From Selaginella moellendorffii (taxonomy: Eukaryota > Plantae > Lycopodiophyta): 64,000 bases of DNA. Under the pieces are notes generated by a model. It was not told the DNA's origin. It saw nothing but the letters and a program-made list of their open reading frames with translations, and did no database searches. The stretch lies in assembly GCF_000143415.4 (NCBI RefSeq), contig NW_003314358.1, positions 258,731 to 322,730 on the forward strand, read 5' to 3'. This document shows, piece by piece, positions 57,486 through 64,000 of the stretch; position 1 is the stretch's first letter, and the number at the start of each line of letters is the position of its first letter. The position numbers were made by a program, and so were the translations under genes.

Positions 57486-60122
57486 ATGCTTGACCACTGT
57501 TCCAAGTTCTTCTTCTTCGCCATCGCCCTCCAGCTGGTAACCATCCCTCTCCTCGTCTCCTCACAATCTTCGGTCGAGGCGGGCTACAGCTTGGAACTCA
57601 GTAGGCCCATCACTCGCAACGTCCTGGAACTACAAAAAGATGGCGAGATCCAAGCAGCGTTTGGCTTTACCTCGCGTTCCATGACCTGGGCTGTCTTGTA
57701 TTCTCTGTCCGCCTACTTGGTAGCCCAGCCAAACGACGAGAAAGCGCAGGTCATAACGCCTGCAACAGTGGTGTGGAGAGCTACAGAGAAACTAGTTCAT
57801 CAAGGTGCGTACCTTAACTTCACCGAAGATGGAAACTTGGAATTGAGTGATCGCGATGGAAGCTTGGTGTGGTCCACGGGAACGGCTGGCTCTGGAGCAC
57901 AGATCCTCGCGCTGGAAGCTCCTGGGAATCTCGTCCTTCGCACCCGGAATGGGACTTTGGTGTGGCAGAGCTTCGATCATCCCACGGACGCCTTGTTCCC
58001 TCAGCAGCAGCTGAAACCAGGAATGAAATTAGTCGCGAGTGTCTCAAGCGAGAACACGCAGGAAGGATACTTCTCCCTCGAGGTGGATCGGTTCTCGGTT
58101 GTCTTGTACTCGGCTAGTCCCGTGTATGGAGAGCTTTGGAGCTCCGGATCCAGCAAGGTCGAGATATCCCACGTCCTTCTCTCCGACAGCAGCCTAAAGA
58201 TTTACGGCCAAAACGGCACAGTTCTTTGGTCCTCCCAAGCGTTTAGTCCAGTCACGGATGCCACAGGGTTCCAGCTGCTTAAGATTTATCCCACGGGGGA
58301 GCTTCGTCTTCTCACTGGACAATCAAATACGAAGGAAATGATTATTCTCAATCCAAGTTTCAAGGAGAAAAGCTTGCCTCCGACGTGTGGTACAAACTGG
58401 CTTCCCAAAAACACCGGGTGCTCCTGTCCAGAGTTGAAGAATGGAAACAACTCCATGCAGTATGTTTCCTCCGGCGACAGGGGAAGATGTAAGATCGACA
58501 AAGAACCTGCAGAATGCAGTGGTGGCTTAAAGTATGATCCATCAGAATACCAGATGTTGGAAGCCAAAGACTTCTACTACTACGCACCAGCGAATCTTTC
58601 GAGCGGTGGAATCCACAACATCACTCGAGAGGCTTGCAAGACCCTGTGCATCAACAACTGTACATGTAAGGCGTCATTGAGTCACGGAGACACGAGTACC
58701 TGTTTCCAAATGGCGGACATAGATACGCTCTACAGAACACCGAACGCAGCCAACTCGAGCTTTATGGTGGCCTTCAAATCGCACTCTCATTCCAAAGTGG
58801 CTCTCGGAACTTTTAATGGCTTTCGAAAGGCTCCAAGTAGGAGAATCAGGCCAGTGATCGTCGTGGCGGCAGTCGTTCTACCAGCCATTATAATCGTTAC
58901 TTTTGCGGTTGTGATCTGGAGAAGGATACTCCACTCGTACCTGGATGAATTCCGCCAGTCATTCCCTTCTGGTGCTGTAGAAGTGCCTCGGGTTTTCACG
59001 TATCCGGAGCTGCACGAAGCAACAAAAGGTTTCAGTAAGAAAATAGGAAGCGGAGGATTCGGCTCGGTGTACGAGGGGGTTCTTCCGGACGGATCAAGAG
59101 TCGCGGTTAAGCGTCTAGAAAACTCAAACCAAGGACGCAAGCAATTCAAAGTGGAAGTGAAAGTCATAGGGAGCATCCACCACAAGAACCTGGTGCGACT
59201 CAAAGGGTTTTGCTCTCAGAGACCCTGCTACTTCCTGGTCTACGAATACGTCGCGAATGGATCGCTAGACAGATGGATTTTCAAAGCAAAGGCAACAGCA
59301 GCAGCACTGGACTGGGACACAAGGTTCCGGGTAGTGGAAGACATCGCGAGAGGCCTGGCCTATCTCCACGAGGAGTGCAGCACCAAAGTCCTCCACTTGG
59401 ACATCAAGCCGCAAAACATTCTCCTGGACGAGAACTTTGGGGTGAAGATCGCAGACTTTGGACTCTCGAGGATGGTGGAACAGGGAGAGATGAGCACCGT
59501 CATGACCATGATCCGAGGAACACCCGGATACATGGCCCCGGAGTGGCTCCAGCTGAGAGTGAGCGACAAACTGGACGTCTACAGCTTTGGAATCGTTGCT
59601 CTGGAGGTAGCAACGGGGCTGCAAGCTCTCCACACTTGCGTCTCTTGCGAGACTAGCCCAAGGTTTCTAGCGGCATGGGGATACACGAAGCTACGCGCGG
59701 GAGAGATGGTGGAGATGGTGGATGCAAAGCTACGAAAGGAAATCGACGAGAGTACCTCGAGAAGGAGCCAGGCCGAGCGGCTGCTCAAGATTGGAATGTG
59801 GTGCATCCAGCCGGATCCAAGGCAGCGGCCTCGCATGGTGGAAGTGGTGAAAATGCTGGAAGGAGCGACGCCAGTGATGGATCCGCCAGTGCCACCGCCG
59901 GACCAGGCCTGCAAGAAAGGAACATCAGACACGAGCTTGCCGCTAAACATCCTCTTGGATATGATAAACCGGGGCGCGAGGAAGCCGAAGGAGGCGAGTG
60001 CATTCCTCGTCTGTAGAGATCCAGGCATAGAGCATTCACCTCGCGATGCGATCGCGCCTCTTCCACGAGCGATGGTCGATCCGGGCGCTCTATCACAGGT
60101 GACTAAAACCCTAGATCAGTAA
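57486..60122 (+). CDS. G-type lectin S-domain receptor-like kinase 3 (non-RD)
   Basis: Signal peptide MLDHCSKFFFFAIALQ; 'WQSFDHPTD'; 'CINNCTCKA'; TM; HLDIKPQN. Intronless. Confidence 0.95.
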   Translation: MLDHCSKFFFFAIALQLVTIPLLVSSQSSVEAGYSLELSRPITRNVLELQKDGEIQAAFGFTSRSMTWAVLYSLSAYLVAQPNDEKAQVITPATVVWRATEKLVHQGAYLNFTEDGNLELSDRDGSLVWSTGTAGSGAQILALEAPGNLVLRTRNGTLVWQSFDHPTDALFPQQQLKPGMKLVASVSSENTQEGYFSLEVDRFSVVLYSASPVYGELWSSGSSKVEISHVLLSDSSLKIYGQNGTVLWSSQAFSPVTDATGFQLLKIYPTGELRLLTGQSNTKEMIILNPSFKEKSLPPTCGTNWLPKNTGCSCPELKNGNNSMQYVSSGDRGRCKIDKEPAECSGGLKYDPSEYQMLEAKDFYYYAPANLSSGGIHNITREACKTLCINNCTCKASLSHGDTSTCFQMADIDTLYRTPNAANSSFMVAFKSHSHSKVALGTFNGFRKAPSRRIRPVIVVAAVVLPAIIIVTFAVVIWRRILHSYLDEFRQSFPSGAVEVPRVFTYPELHEATKGFSKKIGSGGFGSVYEGVLPDGSRVAVKRLENSNQGRKQFKVEVKVIGSIHHKNLVRLKGFCSQRPCYFLVYEYVANGSLDRWIFKAKATAAALDWDTRFRVVEDIARGLAYLHEECSTKVLHLDIKPQNILLDENFGVKIADFGLSRMVEQGEMSTVMTMIRGTPGYMAPEWLQLRVSDKLDVYSFGIVALEVATGLQALHTCVSCETSPRFLAAWGYTKLRAGEMVEMVDAKLRKEIDESTSRRSQAERLLKIGMWCIQPDPRQRPRMVEVVKMLEGATPVMDPPVPPPDQACKKGTSDTSLPLNILLDMINRGARKPKEASAFLVCRDPGIEHSPRDAIAPLPRAMVDPGALSQVTKTLDQ

Positions 60123-60155
60123 CACCCATCTCAAAGAAAGAATCCTAACCGTCGA

Positions 60156-60655
60156 TCATGTGGCGCGCTTTCTTATTTGAACTACAACCGTTGATCTACA
60201 TGAACTCTCGATGGCCTCCTCCTTCCCGACGGCGCGAGATTTGGGAAGGATTGGAGGAGCGTCCACTGTTTCTAGTGATCCCTCCAGCATTTTTGAGAGA
60301 TATCCCATCGATGGTCTCTGGGCGGGATCACTCTGGACGCACCACAATCCAATTCCAAGCAGCTTTTCCATCTTCTCGAAACACAGCAGGGTTTTGCTGG
60401 GAAGAAAAGCTCATCTTCTTGTCCATGATCTGCAGCCAGGAGCTTTGATCCGCAAGGAGAGCAAGCGGGCATGCCAGTGACCACCTCGAGCACCACCACT
60501 CCAAAGCTGTAGGTGTCAAGCTGGTCGCTCATCTGGAACTGGAGCCACTCCGGAGCCATGTATCCTGGATGATCATCTCGTCCACAGCTTGAAGCTTGCC
60601 TTGCCACGAGAGCCCAAAGTCGAAGGTCTCTGCTCGAAAGTTCTCATCCAGGAGT
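60156..60655 (-). pseudogene. Inverted kinase C-terminal fragment of the RLK1/2 type
   Basis: 'GYMAPEWLQFQMSDQLDTYSFGVVVLE', 'IGLWCVQSDPAQRPSMGYL' with frameshifts. Confidence 0.9.
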
Positions 60656-60697
60656 AATATTACGCGGCTGTTTTGGCGCAGGTGAGTACCTCTCTAG

Positions 60698-60964
60698 GCG
60701 TGTCATCTCCTTGGTAAGTGGCAGATGCAAAGGCTAGGTTGTCCATTCTTCCACTTGGTCGATTTTCCTTCAACGCAACTATTGGAGATATATGCTCTCA
60801 TGTCATAAGGGGTCTATAGATGCCATCTTATAACTCTAGACGTGCAATCTCCTTGGTAATTGGCAGATGCAAAGGCTAGGTTGTCCATTCTTCCACTAAG
60901 TTGGTCGATTTTCCTTCAACGCAACTATTGGAATGTCATAAGAGGTCTATAGATGCCATCTTAT
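60698..60964. repeat. Tandem duplication of a ~135-bp unit
   Basis: ATCTCCTTGGTAA…GGCAGATGCAAAGGCTAGGTTGTCCATTCTTCCAC…TCTATAGATGCCATCTTAT occurs twice. Confidence 0.92.
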
Positions 60965-61326
60965 TGATCCACGTTGGGTAGAGTTAGATATTTATAATAT
61001 TTTCCACAAATTTTGAGAGGTGAGGTCCGACTTTTACAGAGAAATGACAGCATTCAAACTTTATAGTAAAATCTAAACTGAGTGATGTGGCTTAGTCTAA
61101 ACTGTGGCAAAATTTAGGGCACTTCAAAAATGCTTTTGGCGCCCTTTAGGGCTTATACTCTCGCGGTCAGACTCTCGGGGACAACGTTACAGCCTCGAGA
61201 AGAACGAAACCATTCTTGTCCTCCTGAGACCACGATGCGCTAAAGCCGATCGATTTCACGCTACCTTACAACCCATCCCTCGCAATCACCTCTTTCCCAG
61301 GCTTGCTCGTTGTCTTCAAGCACCCA

Positions 61327-63861
61327 ATGCAGCGTTTTCTCTTCATCTTCATCGTCTTGCTCCTCTCCTTCTCTTTACTTCGTGCCACTCCACACGATGT
61401 CTATGCCACGCCCAGCACGATCTGGAGGATCGGCTACCTCTCCAACATAGTTATCAAGGGTCCGATCGGCATTTTCGCGAAGCCCATGACGCTCGGGTTT
61501 AGCACACCTTGCGTTCTCGTCTCCTGCAAGAACGATCCACTCTATTACTTGTCCATCTCCATGCCGATCGACTCACCTGATAGCCAGTCCCAGGGCGCGA
61601 CAGTGGTGTGGAGAGCTACTCCAAGGCCTGTTCGTCTCGGTGCCTATCTCAACTTCACGATCGATGGCGACTTGGTGCTGCGCGACTTTGATGGCAGCTT
61701 TGTGTGGTCGACGGGGACAGCAAACGCTGGAGCGCAGATGATGACCCTCGAGAGCTCTGGAAATCTCGTCATCCAGACGGACAGTGGTTCTTTGCTGTGG
61801 CAGAGCTTTGATCATCCCACCGACGCGTTGCTCCCTGGCCAGATCCTAAAACCAGGGATGAAGTTAGTGGCAACAAAGACGAACGAGAACAAGGAACCAG
61901 GATACTTCTCTCTTGAGGTAAAACGCTCCTCGGTAGTCTTGTACTCCACCCTCCCGGCATATGGAGAGCTTTGGAGCTCTGACAGTAAAGATATATCTAC
62001 TGTCGTCCTCTCCAACAGCAACCTGCAGATTCGCAAAAGTTACGATCCTGTCGACTATTACACTCCAACGTTTAGCACAGTGACGTTTAGCCCAGTGACT
62101 GACCTTTCCGGTTACCAGTTGCTCAAGCTGTATCCGGATGGAGGGCTCCGATTTACCTCCCAGTCATACAGCAGTAACACCAGCAACACCACCAGTCTGA
62201 ACGCCCTGTTCACGGCAAAAACCTTGCCTCCGTCGTGTGGACCTGCTTGGCTTCCCAGAGAATATCAATGCGACTGTCTAGAGCTCGAGGAGGAGAACAG
62301 CTCCATGCGAGCCAGCATATCTGGGGACAAAAAAATATGCAAGTTTGATGAGCAGCCTCAAGAATGTGGCAAATACGATTTCTCACAACACGAGATGGTA
62401 GAAGCCAGAAACTACTACTACAACGATCACGCACCTTTCGGGCACTTATACACCCTCCACAACGTTACTCCAGTGAAGTGCAGGGCCCTGTGCATCAACA
62501 ACTGTACGTGTAAGGCGGTATTGATCGACGAGAAAACGAGTACCTGTTTCCAGATGAGCGAAGTCTTTGCTCTAAACAGGACGCACAACCCAGCCAGTCC
62601 AGCCTTGTCACTGTCTCTTAAGGTGCATCATGCTCCCAAACTTTCGTTCTCGCGCAGCTCTCCTCAATACTTGTCTACGCATAGAAGAGCCAAGCCAGCG
62701 ATTGTGGTGGTACTCTCTGCGACAACGATCGGGATAATTATCGTCGCAATCGTCATCTGGAAGAAACAGATAAACTCGTACCTCAAGCATTACGGGCAGT
62801 CGTTTCCATCTGGATCTGCTGAGGACGGCCTGCGTGATTTCACGTACTCGGAGCTATACACAGCCACCAAAGGTTTTAGTAACAAAATTGGAAGCGGAGG
62901 ATTCGGTATAGTATACGAAGGAGTACTTCAGGATGGATTCAAGGTTGCTGTCAAGCGCATCGAGAATTCAAACCAGGGTCACAAGCAGTTCAAGGCGGAA
63001 GTCAGAGTTATTGGAAGCATAAATCACAAAAACCTGGTACAACTCAAAGGCTTTTGCTCTCACTCGGCGTGCTACTTCCTGGTTTATGAGTACGTTGCAA
63101 ACGGGTCGCTAGACAAATGGATCTACTCGCAGGAAAAGCTGGGTTGGGACACAAGGTTTGCAATCATTGTCGACATTGCTAAAGGGATCTCCTATCTCCA
63201 CGATGAATGCACCACTAGAGTGCTTCACTTGGACATCAAGCCTCAAAACATACTGCTTGACGAGAACTTTGGCGTGAAGATCGCAGACTTCGGACTGTCC
63301 AGAATGGTAGAAAAAGGGGAAATGAGCAACGTCATGACAATGGTGAGAGGAACACCCGGATACATGGCTCCAGAATGGTTGCAGCTGAGAGTAAGCGACA
63401 AGCTCGACGTTTACAGCTTTGGGATCGTTGTTTTGGAGGTAGCTACAGGACTGCAAGCTCTTCATACCTGTGTGTCTTGCGGGACAAGCCCAAGGTTCCT
63501 GACCGCATGGATCGTTAACAACCTTCGAACGGGGAAAATGGTGCAGATGTTAGATAAAAAGCTGCAGCAAGAAATGGACGATACCTCAAGAAAGGTCCAA
63601 GTCGAGAAGCTGCTTCGCATCGGAGTGTGGTGCATTCAGCCGGATCCCAGGCAGCGGCCTGCAATGGTTGACGTCGTAAAGATGCTCGAAGGCTCGGCCG
63701 AAGTCTCGGATCCACCACTGCCTCCTCCCGAGGCCTGCAACAAAGTCGACACGAGCTTATCTCTCAACATCTTGATGGAAATGATAAACCAGCAAATGAC
63801 ACGGCCGAGAGTGGCGCGGGGATGCCTCCCTCTCCTCACGGAGAGAAGATCAGCAAACTGA
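61327..63861 (+). CDS. G-type lectin S-domain receptor-like kinase 4 (non-RD; paralog of RLK3)
   Basis: Signal peptide MQRFLFIFIVLLLSFSLLRA; B-lectin; PAN cysteines; TM; HLDIKPQN. Intronless. Confidence 0.95.
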   Translation: MQRFLFIFIVLLLSFSLLRATPHDVYATPSTIWRIGYLSNIVIKGPIGIFAKPMTLGFSTPCVLVSCKNDPLYYLSISMPIDSPDSQSQGATVVWRATPRPVRLGAYLNFTIDGDLVLRDFDGSFVWSTGTANAGAQMMTLESSGNLVIQTDSGSLLWQSFDHPTDALLPGQILKPGMKLVATKTNENKEPGYFSLEVKRSSVVLYSTLPAYGELWSSDSKDISTVVLSNSNLQIRKSYDPVDYYTPTFSTVTFSPVTDLSGYQLLKLYPDGGLRFTSQSYSSNTSNTTSLNALFTAKTLPPSCGPAWLPREYQCDCLELEEENSSMRASISGDKKICKFDEQPQECGKYDFSQHEMVEARNYYYNDHAPFGHLYTLHNVTPVKCRALCINNCTCKAVLIDEKTSTCFQMSEVFALNRTHNPASPALSLSLKVHHAPKLSFSRSSPQYLSTHRRAKPAIVVVLSATTIGIIIVAIVIWKKQINSYLKHYGQSFPSGSAEDGLRDFTYSELYTATKGFSNKIGSGGFGIVYEGVLQDGFKVAVKRIENSNQGHKQFKAEVRVIGSINHKNLVQLKGFCSHSACYFLVYEYVANGSLDKWIYSQEKLGWDTRFAIIVDIAKGISYLHDECTTRVLHLDIKPQNILLDENFGVKIADFGLSRMVEKGEMSNVMTMVRGTPGYMAPEWLQLRVSDKLDVYSFGIVVLEVATGLQALHTCVSCGTSPRFLTAWIVNNLRTGKMVQMLDKKLQQEMDDTSRKVQVEKLLRIGVWCIQPDPRQRPAMVDVVKMLEGSAEVSDPPLPPPEACNKVDTSLSLNILMEMINQQMTRPRVARGCLPLLTERRSAN

Positions 63862-64000
63862 TACAAGCTCATCTGGAATGTAAAGGAGAATGTCTCGAAG
63901 ACATACCATCCTAAACTTAACAAAAAATTCGTCACATCGAGGTAGATTTATAGTAAAACCACACACCTTCAAGACTTCCTTCATTTCTGAAGAGCCTGTA

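Noticed and set aside
46409-61326. Longer N-termini given by the ORF track for RLK1, RLK3, RLK4 (and similarly ABC1K8, TIP41, YLMG1)
   Set aside because: They use upstream, mostly non-ATG starts; downstream ATGs give proper signal or transit peptides
22635-63935. Numerous antisense and alternate-frame ORFs over PPR, SANT and RLK genes
   Set aside because: Shadow ORFs expected in GC-rich coding DNA

Overview
Gene-dense land-plant DNA with very short (~50-70 nt) GT-AG introns, intronless short-motif PPR genes and a Rab21; this fits a lycophyte such as Selaginella (inference, not verified). 1-11 kb is decayed transposon sequence: a hAT transposase pseudogene interrupted by a MITE, a ~1.3 kb tandem unit and scrambled Ty3/Gypsy pol. 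An AT-rich, intronless, secreted bulb-lectin ORF follows at 12 kb. 13-37.5 kb is a packed housekeeping block: coatomer beta', DNAJC8-like, SANT protein, 2 PPR-E genes, ABC1K8, TIP41, Rab21, LBD and YlmG. 37.8-64 kb is a rearranged defence-type cluster with four intact intronless non-RD G-type lectin (S-domain) receptor kinases, several RLK pseudogene fragments, and LCB1 plus a decayed copy. A large inverted duplication in this cluster carries a histidine-phosphatase (PGM-like) gene head-to-head with an unusual 5-exon gene. That gene (40041-38403, minus) encodes a minimal PIP-kinase-fold protein with an apparent signal peptide, and it is the most novel-looking item in the window. Gene models were assembled by eye; no database searches were run.
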